Positions 28,384 through 39,985 of a stretch of 64,000 nt of DNA are shown here, in pieces; position 1 is the first letter of the stretch; each line of letters starts with the position of its first letter. A program made the translations under genes and the position numbers. The DNA is taken from IMG/VR virus record IMGVR_UViG_3300033143_008750, positions 1-64,000 of that record. One strand, given 5' to 3'. Source of the stretch: a virus. A model generated the notes under the pieces. That model searched no databases. It was not told the DNA's origin and saw only the letters and a list, made by a program, of their open reading frames with translations.

Positions 28384-28845
28384 ATGGAAGCTTTGAAATT
28401 ACACGCAGTTTCGATCTTCGCATTTGGCGTAGGACTTTTCATGCTGCAATCACCTAACATTGGTACAGGTTTTCATTGGAGTATCGGCATCTTGACTGTA
28501 ATCGGCTCTATTCTTACGATAGTACAGTATTTGCCTGTTGCTGCTTGGAAACTATTTCTCACACGGCCAGACATATTCGGCCCTGAAGGCGAGAGCCACG
28601 AACGCGCATTGAAGCTGTATGATTGGTCAATTGAAGTTACTCGTCCATACGTGGGCAAAATCGACCTTGGAGTTGCACTGATCGCAGATGTAATCTTAAT
28701 GTCTGGATTGTTAGCTCAAGGTTGGGTAATTCTCTTTGGAATGCAATTTATAGCTTGTGTAATCGGCTACGCAGTTATTCGCTCATTTCTTACTAATTAT
28801 CAAGACATTTATGCATTTGTAAATGGCTCAAAGGATATCGCATGA
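28384..28845 (+). CDS. Integral membrane protein
   Basis: About four hydrophobic segments. Confidence 0.7.
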   Translation: MEALKLHAVSIFAFGVGLFMLQSPNIGTGFHWSIGILTVIGSILTIVQYLPVAAWKLFLTRPDIFGPEGESHERALKLYDWSIEVTRPYVGKIDLGVALIADVILMSGLLAQGWVILFGMQFIACVIGYAVIRSFLTNYQDIYAFVNGSKDIA

Positions 28846-29133
28846 AAAACGTAGATCGTACAGGTTTATATTTATTGGTTATCATATGTATAATGAATAC
28901 ATGTGGTACCAATGGCGAACACTCTCGTATACAACGCGATCTTGATGCAACAAAGAATCAGCTAGAGTACGTTGTTCACTTGCTTGAGGGCGGCGAGCCA
29001 AGAACAGTAACAGAGTTGGATTGCAGTGGATCTACAGACGCAATGATTAGTTGCCGTCCTACGGAGAGTCAGTAGTGCTAACTCAAATTGAACGCTGGAA
29101 GAAAGACATTTGGAATAAGCAAGGTCTGATATA

Positions 29134-29421
29134 GTGAATTTAAAGAAACGTATCTTTAATGCACGAATCAGTGGCAAGTCTATTGACATCGACCATTTTA
29201 ACTGTCTGCGCACTAGATTTATTAACGAGTTGTTGAAATATAATGTACTCGACGTAGACATTTCACAGCCGCACAATCTAAGTGCAGATGAAGTAGTATT
29301 CAGATTGAATGATTCTGTTTCTTCTAACGGTGCTGAATATGCAGTAGGACAGAGGATATTATTCAATAAGTTAAGCATCAGCGGCATTGTACGAGTAGCA
29401 GAGGACCAGGACAATGGCTAA
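29134..29421 (+). CDS. Hypothetical protein with N-terminal FxxxI/LxG motif
   Basis: KKRIFNARISGK at the N-terminus. Confidence 0.6.
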   Translation: MNLKKRIFNARISGKSIDIDHFNCLRTRFINELLKYNVLDVDISQPHNLSADEVVFRLNDSVSSNGAEYAVGQRILFNKLSISGIVRVAEDQDNG

Positions 29422-30128
29422 GGAAAGCAAACGAATTACGCCTTTTGTGCTTACTGAATTAACGGTAGCACAGAAGCAAAAGATACGAGAAGGTATGTAT
29501 GCTATGCACAACTTTACTAACCACGAAGCTAACACAGTAGGTTTAGCAAGTTGGACTAACGATCACAGGCAAGCTTGGGAGCTTGCACGAATGGATGAAA
29601 TGGGTGAAACACAATGAATTACGTAATTTACAATTCAAGTCTAATGACTGTCGAAGGAAGCTTTGATAGCATTGAAGATGCAGAGGCAGCGTTACCTGTC
29701 GATGTTGGTGATTTAGTCGCAGCATTGCGCAGCGATTATGAGCAAGCATTCGCAGCTATGTGCGAACGACGCGACAGTGCTACATCGAACAGAGTTGAAA
29801 GCACAGACGAATCCAGAATGACTGATATAGAACGCTATACGAACATGAGAAAGGTGCTAGCAGAGCGTCCTATATTTGATAGCGAGGAAGATGCTAGAGA
29901 AAATATGCGGGCAAAGGATGGCGAGTGTCGCCGTTTTGTAATTCGTGAATGCGGCTCGCTAGGCATGTACAGAGTTTGTTATTGTTTCTTCTCAACACCA
30001 CGAGGCAGCGACACGCCTGTTTGGTCATTCAACGATGAATACAGTTTCACACACGGCCAAATGTATATGTTAAAGCAACGTGCTGCAACAGCAGTCGGCC
30101 TTGAACTCATTGACAGCATGGAATAATT

Positions 30129-31218
30129 ATGAATTGGCTTACAAAATACTTTGAAAAACCTGATTGGCGTCTTGTTAAAGAGATTCAATCGGGGTACCTG
30201 TTTACTCAATTTCATCACCTTACTCCAAAGGATATAGTCAACGAGCAAGAAGAAGAATTAACGTTCTACTTGTACGAGAATCAATTCGGCGACAGAAAAT
30301 TTGATGCTGTTGATAGCAGAAAAGGTGACATTAACATCAAAACTGCTTCGAAAGATGAGTGGCTATTTCGTTGTGGAGATTATCGTCACACTATTCGTCC
30401 TTGGCTGGACGGAAGTTTGAATCTTGATATTCCAACATACGAATCAATTCCACGTAGAGACTTTAAAAAGGTGTTAGAAGGATGAGTTGGTGGACAAACA
30501 TATTCGGGGGAAAAGATGAATGGCGCATGTGCAAGCAGCTTGATACGACATTTATCAGTAGTGATGCTTATACTCGCGTAGAGACTAAACACAATATCAA
30601 CTACTACTTATACGAGAATCAATTTGGTGAACGCAAATTTGATATTGCTGATTCAAAGCGTGGTGATTGTGAAGTTAAACGTTTAGAAAAAGATGATATT
30701 ACGTTCCGTCTACGACTTTATAGAGAAACGGTGAAACCTTGGCTCGACGGTCGTACTGATCCTGAAATACCATCATATGAATCTATTCCGCGCAAAGACT
30801 TTCAACGCATACTGACGAAGAAAAAATAATGTTGACTAAATTTAAAAATTGGTTTCGAACTAAATTCTGTCATGTTGATTGGCAGCATGTTGGATTATTC
30901 GAACATGTGATGCGATACGACCGCGAAGAATGGATGACATACATTCATTGTTTTGAATCTTTCCGCGGTGATCGCAGAATCGAAATTGTCGGTGCATATA
31001 ACTTACTAAGCGAAGCAAAAAAATACAAAATTGATGACTTCGATGGAAAATTTAAAATTACAAAACTGTATCAAACAGAACTTTATCCTTGGCTGTGTGG
31101 TAGAGCAGATGCAGGAATCCCAGGATACGAACTAGTAAAAAGTCAGAAATTCGACTTCACAAAGAAGTTGAGAGGCGAAACTCCTATCGTATTGAATGAC
31201 GATGAAAAGAAGGCTTGA
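30129..31218 (+). other. Three tandem paralogous genes (30129..30485, 30482..30829, 30829..31218)
   Basis: Shared W-x-x-[VCL]...(L/C)xE(N/S)xxG(E/D)R(K/R)...PWLxGxxxxxIP(S/T/G)YE...(D)FxxxL; a fourth copy lies at 18248. Confidence 0.85.
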
Positions 31219-31531
31219 CACGCGCAGGCGTTTCATAGTATAATAGAGCCTAGGGAGAATATGATGACAAATATTATCCGCACCACAATATATGCAGAAG
31301 AGGAAAAAGAATTTTGCTTGTTTCTTAAGGACGCAGGATTCAGTAATTTTGACTTGTTCCCAAATAAAGACAAGATTTACCTTAATATTTGTTTTCATAC
31401 TCCTGCGACTATTATGACTTACACATTGCGCGGTGTCGAGAATGACTACAGGGCTTCGCGCAGCAACACGTATTATTACGACCTCGATCAAGATTGGGAT
31501 GATGAGGCCGGCGATTTTTTCGGGGACGAGA

Positions 31532-32371
31532 ATGATTTCTAAAACAGCACTTGTAATCTACCATCACCCTTGCTTAGACGGATTTACGTCAGCATGGGCA
31601 GCAAAACAAGCACTAGGTAACACAGCAGAATATATTCCAGGTAGTTACGGCAACGACGGCGAACTGCCTGACGTTGATGGACGAGTAGTTTATCTACTTG
31701 ACTTTTCTTATCCGTTAGACGTTATGCTTACTCTTGCTAGTCGCGCATCAAAGGTGATCGTTCTAGATCATCATTTGTCAGCACAAAAAGATTTAGAACC
31801 ATTGCTAGATAACGGAACTATCGAAGGCGAATTCGATATGAACCGTTCGGGAGCAATGATGACCTGGGATTATTTCTTCCCTGATCGTGAAGCACCTGAC
31901 TTTATAAGCTATGTACAGGATCGCGATCTTTGGCTCAAAGAACTTCCTCTCTGTGAAGAAGTGAATCTTGCTATGTTTTCATACACATACACTTTTGACA
32001 ATTGGGATAGGATTTCAGTAACGCCTATCAGTGATTTACAGCAAGAAGGTTTTGCAATTCATCGCAAACACATGAAGGATGTTCACGAACTCATAGAGCA
32101 AGTGCAATACATGACGATTTGTGGCTTTGAAAACGTACCGACTGTAAATGCAAACTACTTCTTTGGCAGCGATCTTTGCGGCTTACTCAGTGAAACATGT
32201 CCGTTCGCAGCTTATTACTGGATCAACAGTGAAGGCGAATACGTATTTGGTATGCGGTCTTGTAAAGACTTTGAGAGAGCAGTAGATGTATCAGTCATAG
32301 CAAAATCTTTTGGCGGTGGTGGTCATGCTAATGCAGCAGGTTTCCGAATCAAAGATTTAAACGAGTTATAA
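31532..32371 (+). CDS. DHH/DHHA1-family phosphoesterase (nanoRNase-like)
   Basis: YHHPCLDG, LDFS, LDHH, DRDLW and GGGGHANAAGF motifs; likely start ATG 31532. Confidence 0.9.
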   Translation: MISKTALVIYHHPCLDGFTSAWAAKQALGNTAEYIPGSYGNDGELPDVDGRVVYLLDFSYPLDVMLTLASRASKVIVLDHHLSAQKDLEPLLDNGTIEGEFDMNRSGAMMTWDYFFPDREAPDFISYVQDRDLWLKELPLCEEVNLAMFSYTYTFDNWDRISVTPISDLQQEGFAIHRKHMKDVHELIEQVQYMTICGFENVPTVNANYFFGSDLCGLLSETCPFAAYYWINSEGEYVFGMRSCKDFERAVDVSVIAKSFGGGGHANAAGFRIKDLNEL

Positions 32372-32396
32372 CAGAAAATTTATTGAGTATAAATAT

Positions 32397-32888
32397 ATGA
32401 CTATGCAGCAAACTCATTCACCACAACCGAAAATATTCGGCAAAGGATATGGTCATCATATTTTGTATAACTACAGGCTTATGAAAAAGTTTTTCTGGCT
32501 TGGGTGGAAGATGATGGTTCATATGTTTATCCCCAACGTATTTTATGAACGTGCGCATTGGGAAGTGATCGACCTATATCACAAAATGCGCGGGCTCCGC
32601 CATGGTACGATCAGTGACCATCGCTGTTCAAAGTGCGGTAGCGATCTTATGTCAGCAGATGAAAACTATTGCCGACACAATGAGCTAAAAGATATAGAGC
32701 GAGAACGCGAACGTATCGAACGATGCGATAAAGCATTAGAAGAACTTGATATGTCACCAGAAGAATATCAGTGGTCATTAATTCCGCAAGATGAAAAAGC
32801 AGAAATCATGCAACGCATGGAAGAAATCAATTCTGGCGAAGTCGAGAGCATCGACTGGCACGACCTCGAACCCCAAAACTCAAAATAA
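32397..32888 (+). CDS. Hypothetical protein: DUF6356-like N-terminus, CxxC, addiction-module-like C-terminus
   Basis: Y.HH.....HMFIP N-terminus; C-terminal IPQDEKAEIMQRMEEINSGEVESIDW. Confidence 0.55.
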   Translation: MTMQQTHSPQPKIFGKGYGHHILYNYRLMKKFFWLGWKMMVHMFIPNVFYERAHWEVIDLYHKMRGLRHGTISDHRCSKCGSDLMSADENYCRHNELKDIERERERIERCDKALEELDMSPEEYQWSLIPQDEKAEIMQRMEEINSGEVESIDWHDLEPQNSK

Positions 32889-32930
32889 TAATTCTCGATA
32901 AATACTAGTTTAGTATTGAGGAGAATTATT

Positions 32931-33293
32931 ATGGCATTTGAGCCACCAGTATATACTTATAAGGTCGCACTAGTGACCAAAATTGTCGATGGAGACACTA
33001 TCGACGTACACCTAGATGTCGGCTTTGAATCATACGTACACAAGCGTCTACGATTCTTAGGCATCGACACTTACGAAATCAGAGGTGATGAGCGTGAGCA
33101 AGGTTTGCTAGCAAAAGCACGCCTAACCGAGATTATCGAATCAGCCGATAGATTATACGTCCAAACAAAAATGGATGGCGAGGGTAAGTACGGCCGCGTC
33201 CTAGCTACACTATGGACTGAAAAAGACGGCGTTCTAACTGACGTAAATCGTCAATTGATAGAAGAAGGTCACGGCGTAGAATATATGGTCTAG
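32931..33293 (+). CDS. Thermonuclease (SNase-like)
   Basis: KIVDGDTID, RLRFLGIDTYE, GKYGRVLA and VNRQLIEEGH motifs; late promoter at 32897. Confidence 0.92.
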   Translation: MAFEPPVYTYKVALVTKIVDGDTIDVHLDVGFESYVHKRLRFLGIDTYEIRGDEREQGLLAKARLTEIIESADRLYVQTKMDGEGKYGRVLATLWTEKDGVLTDVNRQLIEEGHGVEYMV

Positions 33294-33359
33294 CTTTGTT
33301 CCGCTTAGATGCGTTATTGTGATAAATAAGAGCAATAACACGTTAAAAGGAACAATTAC

Positions 33360-33776
33360 ATGGCACTCGTAGTACCCAATAACTCAGAAGTTATCATGCT
33401 TCAATACATCACAAACAACGATGCGCCAGAGAACATCTCGATTCGGCTGTACATAAATAGTGTAACACCAGATGAGAGTTCCACGGTAGCTACATTCACA
33501 GAAGTACTAAATGAAAGCGGCTATACAACAGGCGGTCAATCATTGACACCTGCTAGTTGGAGTATTATCTCTGGAAATCCTTCACAGGCTGAACACACAG
33601 AAATCACTTGGACTTTCACAGGCGCGCTAACAGCACCTGGGGATGTATACGGGTATTACGTTACGCGAGACACGGGTGGCGAACTGATGTGGGCAGAGCG
33701 TTTCACCAATGGACCATTTAACATCACAACTAACGGTGATGAGATTAAAGTCACCCCACGACTAACGCTAGAATAA
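33360..33776 (+). CDS. Virion structural protein (tail-associated)
   Basis: Late promoter at 33321; beta-rich, TFT...VYGYYV...AERF...GDEIKVTP pattern. Confidence 0.7.
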   Translation: MALVVPNNSEVIMLQYITNNDAPENISIRLYINSVTPDESSTVATFTEVLNESGYTTGGQSLTPASWSIISGNPSQAEHTEITWTFTGALTAPGDVYGYYVTRDTGGELMWAERFTNGPFNITTNGDEIKVTPRLTLE

Positions 33777-33788
33777 TAGGATTTCAAA

Positions 33789-34358
33789 ATGACCAAATCG
33801 TTTAAAGACAACTATGAAGATGCTAATAAAAAACCAAAGCTTGAAGGCATGAATGTTACTGTTGATGAGAACGGAAATACTAGTGTTTCTGTAGCTCTTG
33901 ATCCAAACGCAAAGCCAGTTATTCTTCCACGGCCATCGCCAACTATGACTATCCTAAGCGGCGATGATGCACCTGATCTAACAATCACACCAACTATAAC
34001 TCTAGAAGAAACGATTAAGCAAGACATTAAAGAAGTTCTTACGGAGCAACGTGAGCAATCTGCTAAAGTATTAGAGTCTGTTATGAAGACCAATACAAAG
34101 ATTGCCAATAGTGTAACTAAGCTTGTAAAAAATACTACAGAGACAAATGATAAGCTAGTTGAAGCTATCATATCGTTGACTGATAAAATTTCATTGCTTG
34201 AAGCAAAGCTTGAAGCAATTAAGAATCTAGAGATTCCGACCCCAATTGTACACGTTCAAGCACCGAACACGAAAGTCCTTAAAGAAATTCATCGAGACAA
34301 GAATAATTTAATTACTCATATTGAGGAAGTTGAAGTACCAGTTGACGAGGACGAGTAA
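33789..34358 (+). CDS. Coiled-coil late protein
   Basis: Heptad-like central region; C-terminal IHRDKNNLITHIEE. Confidence 0.65.
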   Translation: MTKSFKDNYEDANKKPKLEGMNVTVDENGNTSVSVALDPNAKPVILPRPSPTMTILSGDDAPDLTITPTITLEETIKQDIKEVLTEQREQSAKVLESVMKTNTKIANSVTKLVKNTTETNDKLVEAIISLTDKISLLEAKLEAIKNLEIPTPIVHVQAPNTKVLKEIHRDKNNLITHIEEVEVPVDEDE

Positions 34359-36634
34359 TGGCTGTAAAGTCTTTCGATGATACTAACGGCAATGGCATTA
34401 CCCGTGATGCTCCGCTAGACAGTGGTGATGTATTTGATGCGCGTGTGAAGAACCTCAACTATGGTGGTGCAGGTGGCGCAAACATTACATTGCAGTTCTA
34501 TCAAGGGGCTGGGTGTGCTGCGCGTAAAGTTGGTGCGGCAAGCGGCGGCGGATTCACAGTAGGTAGTTACACAGCGAGAGACACGACCACTGCAACGTAT
34601 CGCACTGTCATGGCTAAGATGCAGACAACCAAGCTTGGCACAATGAATCCTGCTGGCATGGACTTTTGTATCGGTTCTGGCGTAGGTGCTGCTATTGGTA
34701 ACGTACAGCATTGGTGGACTATGATTGACGATGGCACGATCCCTGCACCAGGCTGGGAGTTCTCGCCTCAAGGTGGTTGGGTCATCAAGCCTATTGATGT
34801 AACGCTTAGAGCATTCCACAGAGGAACTGCAGGCACACCTGATGAGACAGCGATGCACAACTTCGGCGCTTGGTTAGACCTGAGTGCCGTAAGTGGCACG
34901 GATAGAGATTTATTGATTGATTCGCCTGATTGGGTTGAAAATGGGTTCCATGCTATAGGTGGTGATAGCACTGATCCTGATATTACATTTGATGATTTCG
35001 TAGATGAAGACCAAGGAGCAAGTAGTACTAATTTTGCTCGCACTGGATTATGGCAGGAAAAAGAAGGTATTATTCAGTGGTTTGGCGCAGGCGTTGTAGG
35101 ACGAACATATGCTGGAACTGCTACTGCTTCTGCATTTACAGACAGCTTTAGGACACTTGTATGTCCAGGCGGCTATGTACGCGAAGGATTTAACAATTTA
35201 GAGTTTGATATAACAGTAGCAACAACTACTGTTGCACTAGATAACATTACTATTCTTGGACAAGGACGTTCTGGCATAAAGCGTTTATTTGACGCAACAG
35301 ATTCAGGTTCAGGCGGTGATGTAAATGTCACATTAGACGAAATTGCCTTTACTGCACACGGCTTCTTTACATGCGAACAAGTTTTGTATGATAGAGAAGG
35401 TAATACAGCTTATGTTACTGGTGCAGCACTTAACGGCGAAAGCCAACTTCTTACTGGCACAACAGGTGAATATTATTATGCTATTAATGTAGATGCTGAT
35501 ACATTTGCACTTGCTTCAAGTTTTGCAAACGCACTAGCAGGAACACGACTTGCATTAACAGCACAATCAGGCGAGACACATAGCTTTACTCGCACACCAG
35601 ATACAAGACCAGACGTTATTGTTACTTCCGATGCCGCACCTGGCACGTTCGATATGACAAACAGCACCATTACTAGTGCAAGAGAAATTACAATAGATTT
35701 GGGTGCTGAACTTACTAACACACAGCTTATTACGTCAGGTAAATTATTTCTTAATGAAGGCATCTTAACTGGCTGCACTATTAATGCAGCAACAACATTC
35801 ACTAATGAAGCATTTATTCTATCAGATACATTATTTACATCATCTACTGCGAATGGTGCTATCGCTGGTTGCAACTTTACTGCTGGGCCTGATGGAGGCC
35901 ATGCAATCGAAATTACTGCAACAGGTAGCTACGCATTTGACGGTAACTCGTTCACGGGGTATTTAGGTACGCTAGGTTCAAATCCTACAGCAGACAGTGG
36001 TTCTTCAAGTGCGGCAATTTATAACAATTCTGGCGGCACAGTTACATTAAATATTACTGGTACTGATACTACTATACCATCAGTTCGTAATGGTGCAACG
36101 TCAGATACAGTAGTTTCAGCCTCAGCAACATTGACACTAACAGGTATAGAAACAGATTCAGAAGCACGTATCATAAATCTAGATGATGTTATAAATTTCA
36201 ATAAAGAACTAGCTGGTAACGATCAAATTCACGGCCTAGTAATTGCCGCTACAATTGCAGATGGTGGCTCTGGTTATTCAAACGGTACACAAACATTAAC
36301 AGTAGTTGGCGGCACTGGTACAGCAGCCACAATCGAAGTCACTGTCGCTGGTGGCATTGTTACATCAGTAGATGGCATTACAACTGCTGGTGATTATACT
36401 GCTAATCCTCCTACTCCATCAACAACAACTGGCGGTGGCGGCACTGGCTGTACATTACGACTAACTATTCGTGGTACATTCAGTTATGCATACGACGCCG
36501 CCTCTACCCCAAACGTTGCTATCATTGTGTTTCATCTCGATTTTAAAGAAGTTCGCATCGAACAACTCCTTTCATCATCAGATGCGTCAATCCCAATTCA
36601 ACAGACTACAGACCGAGTATTTAATAATCCATAA
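34358..36634 (+). CDS. Tail fibre / virion appendage protein
   Basis: G/T/A-rich; 'HGF.T...YY...DADTFALA' module and GGSGY repeat. Confidence 0.75.
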   Translation: MAVKSFDDTNGNGITRDAPLDSGDVFDARVKNLNYGGAGGANITLQFYQGAGCAARKVGAASGGGFTVGSYTARDTTTATYRTVMAKMQTTKLGTMNPAGMDFCIGSGVGAAIGNVQHWWTMIDDGTIPAPGWEFSPQGGWVIKPIDVTLRAFHRGTAGTPDETAMHNFGAWLDLSAVSGTDRDLLIDSPDWVENGFHAIGGDSTDPDITFDDFVDEDQGASSTNFARTGLWQEKEGIIQWFGAGVVGRTYAGTATASAFTDSFRTLVCPGGYVREGFNNLEFDITVATTTVALDNITILGQGRSGIKRLFDATDSGSGGDVNVTLDEIAFTAHGFFTCEQVLYDREGNTAYVTGAALNGESQLLTGTTGEYYYAINVDADTFALASSFANALAGTRLALTAQSGETHSFTRTPDTRPDVIVTSDAAPGTFDMTNSTITSAREITIDLGAELTNTQLITSGKLFLNEGILTGCTINAATTFTNEAFILSDTLFTSSTANGAIAGCNFTAGPDGGHAIEITATGSYAFDGNSFTGYLGTLGSNPTADSGSSSAAIYNNSGGTVTLNITGTDTTIPSVRNGATSDTVVSASATLTLTGIETDSEARIINLDDVINFNKELAGNDQIHGLVIAATIADGGSGYSNGTQTLTVVGGTGTAATIEVTVAGGIVTSVDGITTAGDYTANPPTPSTTTGGGGTGCTLRLTIRGTFSYAYDAASTPNVAIIVFHLDFKEVRIEQLLSSSDASIPIQQTTDRVFNNP

Positions 36635-36709
36635 TCTTAATTTTTCCTTAATTTTGATAAATATAAGCTATAAGCAAGTACAAAATCAAATTTGAGGAGA
36701 ATTAAATAA

Positions 36710-39700
36710 ATGGCGATTGTCACAGACCCTGATCTGCTTTCACGCGCAGATGTAATTTTTGGCACAGCAGCCCAGCAAATATCAATTTACCCAGTAGGCG
36801 ACATAGAAAGAAACGGCGCTGGTGTAGAATATATTGATTGTTGGGTCGGAACGACAGGAACAATTGTGTCTACACAAAACTTTGCAACTGATTCAGTTGT
36901 AGCAGGCGATGTTGTAGCTGTACAGAATAACTTAGATGCTGGTCACTATTACGTGCAAGGTATTGCAACAGTAACTTTAACACTAGCTACGATTGATTCT
37001 GGTACAGGTGGCGCAGCAATGACTACGCTAACAGTTCAAACTTCCGCAGCATGGGACGGTACATCAGACCTTGATGATACTGCATCAGTAGAACAAATTA
37101 CGCTAACTACACACGGATATGTAACAGGTGACGCACTTATTTATGACAATGGCGGCGGCACAACGGTTACTGGCTTAACAGACGGCACACCGTATTACGT
37201 TATTCGTGTTGATGCAAACACAATAGCACTTGCAACAACATATGCAAATGCAGTAGCAGATACAAGAATTGACTTAACAGATACGGGCACATCAGCAGCT
37301 AATATATTCCATGATCGACTAATTATTCAAGTATTCAATAACGGTGCTAACACCGTTGAAAACATTGTTGGTCTTGACACTTCAGGTGACGGCGACGGCG
37401 ACGTATCAGACGGTATTACACAGCAGGCCATTTACTCTTTCGGTAAGGAAGAGTGGCGTGTTGACTCACAGATTACAGACGTTGATACTAACTCATACAA
37501 CGATGATTTGATTAGACACCAATTTCCTTTCGAAGCTATTACGTCGGAGCAATTCGAGGTAGGTGGCGGTACTTCACATGACAATTGGAGTTGGTTCAAC
37601 TTGTACACTCGTAAGAAAGTTCGTACAGCTGGTTGGGCTGAGAAGACAGATGTTGGTACAGGCGATCTAGCAAGAGAGACAGGTGTTATTACACTGGGCA
37701 GCATTGACGCTGACGCGCAAGTATACTATCAGCAGACTTCTATTGTAACAGCAAAGGTTGACTTTACATTCTTAGGACCAGTAAACGAAGCACTTAAGGT
37801 TTATGATGATGCATCAGCAGACAACACTCCAGAAGATGACTTTACAACATTCCTAAAATTGTTTGTACGAAAGAAAGGACGATCATATACTGGATCAACT
37901 ATTTCAGATATTGGTGTAACAACAATTCAAACGATTGTAAACCGATTCCCGCTAGCTCACACAGTTGATACAGGTATTACTTTGACTGACGCTAACTTAC
38001 TTGGCCTAAATCCATACAAGTTTGCAGCAGCGCCAGTAGCAATTGAATCAGGTTCAGACGGTGACAAGACAATTACACAAGCAACATTTACCTCTACAGC
38101 GGTAGGTGATTTTGCAGCAGCAGGTGTTATTGCAGGCGACATTCTACGTATTACGGAAGCTGACGCTGACGTAGGCTACTACGAAATTCTAACTGTAGCA
38201 ACAACAACAATTACTATTAAAGAAACAGAAAGTGTTACTGGTAATGACTTCACGTTTGGTACAGGTTGGGCAGTAACCAACGCAACATCAGACTTTGAGA
38301 TTTACACAAGTGTACTATCTCCAACTCCAGGATTAGCAACATTACGTAATTCGGGTGTACTAGTTGACGCAACAGCAACAAGTCTAATTGATGTATCAGG
38401 TATAACTGGTACTCTAACTGACGGCGGCGGTGTTAACTTTACAACAGACGGTGTAGCAATTGATGACATTTTGATTATCTCACAATTCTATGACATCAGC
38501 TTTAACGCATCAACAGACGTTGACGTTACAACAGCAGATACAATTCAAAATGCGACTCACAACTTGCGCACTGGTGATCGTATAGAATATGATGATGAAG
38601 GTCTTACAACTATCGCAGAATTAACAAGCGGTAGAGTGTATTACGCAGCAGTAGAAACTACTGGTCGATTCTGGCTTTGTAACACTCTAGCAGATGCATG
38701 GGCAAGAGCAAATGGTGACTCAACTGAGATTACGCTAACCCCAGGCGTTTCAGAATCACATACTTTCCACGTACATGAAGGCGACGGCTGCTACCCAATC
38801 ACTACTGTTGCAGCAACAGTTCTAACTATAGATACAGCAGACTATCAATTCCCAACAACAGCTAAGACAATCGGTACTAACTACCGTGTTGTAGAAGCTG
38901 GCATGTACTTGCAGTATAAAGATAAGACTGTACAAGAAATGAACGATACACAAACAACAACTCCAGTCACAGACTTAGACTTCTCTGGCGGTAATACAAT
39001 TACTATTGTTGGCGGACCTGCAATTGGTTTCGACTATCTTGACGATGCCGGCGCAACAGTTTCTATACAGGCTGGTGATATGCTTGAGATTTCAGGATCA
39101 ACAAGTAACGATGGTCGTTATACTGTATTAACTCGTACTAGTTCATTAGTGCTTGTTATCTTTGAAACATTCCCAGCTAATGATCTAAACGATCAGGCTG
39201 GTGTAACACTATCAGTTAAGCATGGCTTTGAGCGAACACTAGGTACAGACGATGTATCGTTCAATTGGAAGGTCTCTGGCAACGGTGGTTCACTACAGAA
39301 TGTATATGAATTTGTACAAGAAGAATTACGTTCAGATACTACAATTGACTGTGGTGCAGGCACATTTGTTCCAACAGCTAACACTGGTCTAGTTGGATTT
39401 ATTGGCGACATTAACGATCTGTTGATGACATTTGCTGCTCCAACAGGCACAGGTCTTAATCTGTTTATTGATGATCTTGACAGTAACGACATTAACAACG
39501 CGACGTTTAACGATCACGCTGGCAATGCTCAGAACTTCCCATTCACATCTGCTGGATCACTAGTATTCAACCCGAACTTAACAAACGACGACAATTCCAA
39601 GTACTGGTTGTTCTTTACTGACGATAATGCCCCAGGCGACAACTTAGGTAGAGATTATGGTTCAGAGAATGCTATTATTGTTGATGACGCAACAACACCA

Positions 39701-39985
39701 ACAGCAAATCCAATCACTGGTTTTGTTAACGCAGCAGGTGGTGCAACTCACGGTGGTACACGATCAGTAGCAAGTGGTACAACGTCTATTACGTTTACAT
39801 ACGCTTACGATACTAACGTACAGCGAGGCTCAGGTTCAGGTAGTTCAACTGCTCCAGTAACGCTTGTTGCTATCGGCGCACCAACAGCACAGTTCGTTAT
39901 CGCGACAGGTAGCATTACTAATGCTACTGGTATTACGATTTCAGCGGTTGCTGCTCTAGAACGTAACTACAACGGCGCGCTATAA
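36710..39985 (+). CDS. Large virion structural / tail-fibre-like protein (1091 aa)
   Basis: Late promoter at 36656, GAGGAG RBS; T/D/G-rich with repeated 'H....GD...Y.....L..G..YY' modules. Confidence 0.8.
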   Translation: MAIVTDPDLLSRADVIFGTAAQQISIYPVGDIERNGAGVEYIDCWVGTTGTIVSTQNFATDSVVAGDVVAVQNNLDAGHYYVQGIATVTLTLATIDSGTGGAAMTTLTVQTSAAWDGTSDLDDTASVEQITLTTHGYVTGDALIYDNGGGTTVTGLTDGTPYYVIRVDANTIALATTYANAVADTRIDLTDTGTSAANIFHDRLIIQVFNNGANTVENIVGLDTSGDGDGDVSDGITQQAIYSFGKEEWRVDSQITDVDTNSYNDDLIRHQFPFEAITSEQFEVGGGTSHDNWSWFNLYTRKKVRTAGWAEKTDVGTGDLARETGVITLGSIDADAQVYYQQTSIVTAKVDFTFLGPVNEALKVYDDASADNTPEDDFTTFLKLFVRKKGRSYTGSTISDIGVTTIQTIVNRFPLAHTVDTGITLTDANLLGLNPYKFAAAPVAIESGSDGDKTITQATFTSTAVGDFAAAGVIAGDILRITEADADVGYYEILTVATTTITIKETESVTGNDFTFGTGWAVTNATSDFEIYTSVLSPTPGLATLRNSGVLVDATATSLIDVSGITGTLTDGGGVNFTTDGVAIDDILIISQFYDISFNASTDVDVTTADTIQNATHNLRTGDRIEYDDEGLTTIAELTSGRVYYAAVETTGRFWLCNTLADAWARANGDSTEITLTPGVSESHTFHVHEGDGCYPITTVAATVLTIDTADYQFPTTAKTIGTNYRVVEAGMYLQYKDKTVQEMNDTQTTTPVTDLDFSGGNTITIVGGPAIGFDYLDDAGATVSIQAGDMLEISGSTSNDGRYTVLTRTSSLVLVIFETFPANDLNDQAGVTLSVKHGFERTLGTDDVSFNWKVSGNGGSLQNVYEFVQEELRSDTTIDCGAGTFVPTANTGLVGFIGDINDLLMTFAAPTGTGLNLFIDDLDSNDINNATFNDHAGNAQNFPFTSAGSLVFNPNLTNDDNSKYWLFFTDDNAPGDNLGRDYGSENAIIVDDATTPTANPITGFVNAAGGATHGGTRSVASGTTSITFTYAYDTNVQRGSGSGSSTAPVTLVAIGAPTAQFVIATGSITNATGITISAVAALERNYNGAL

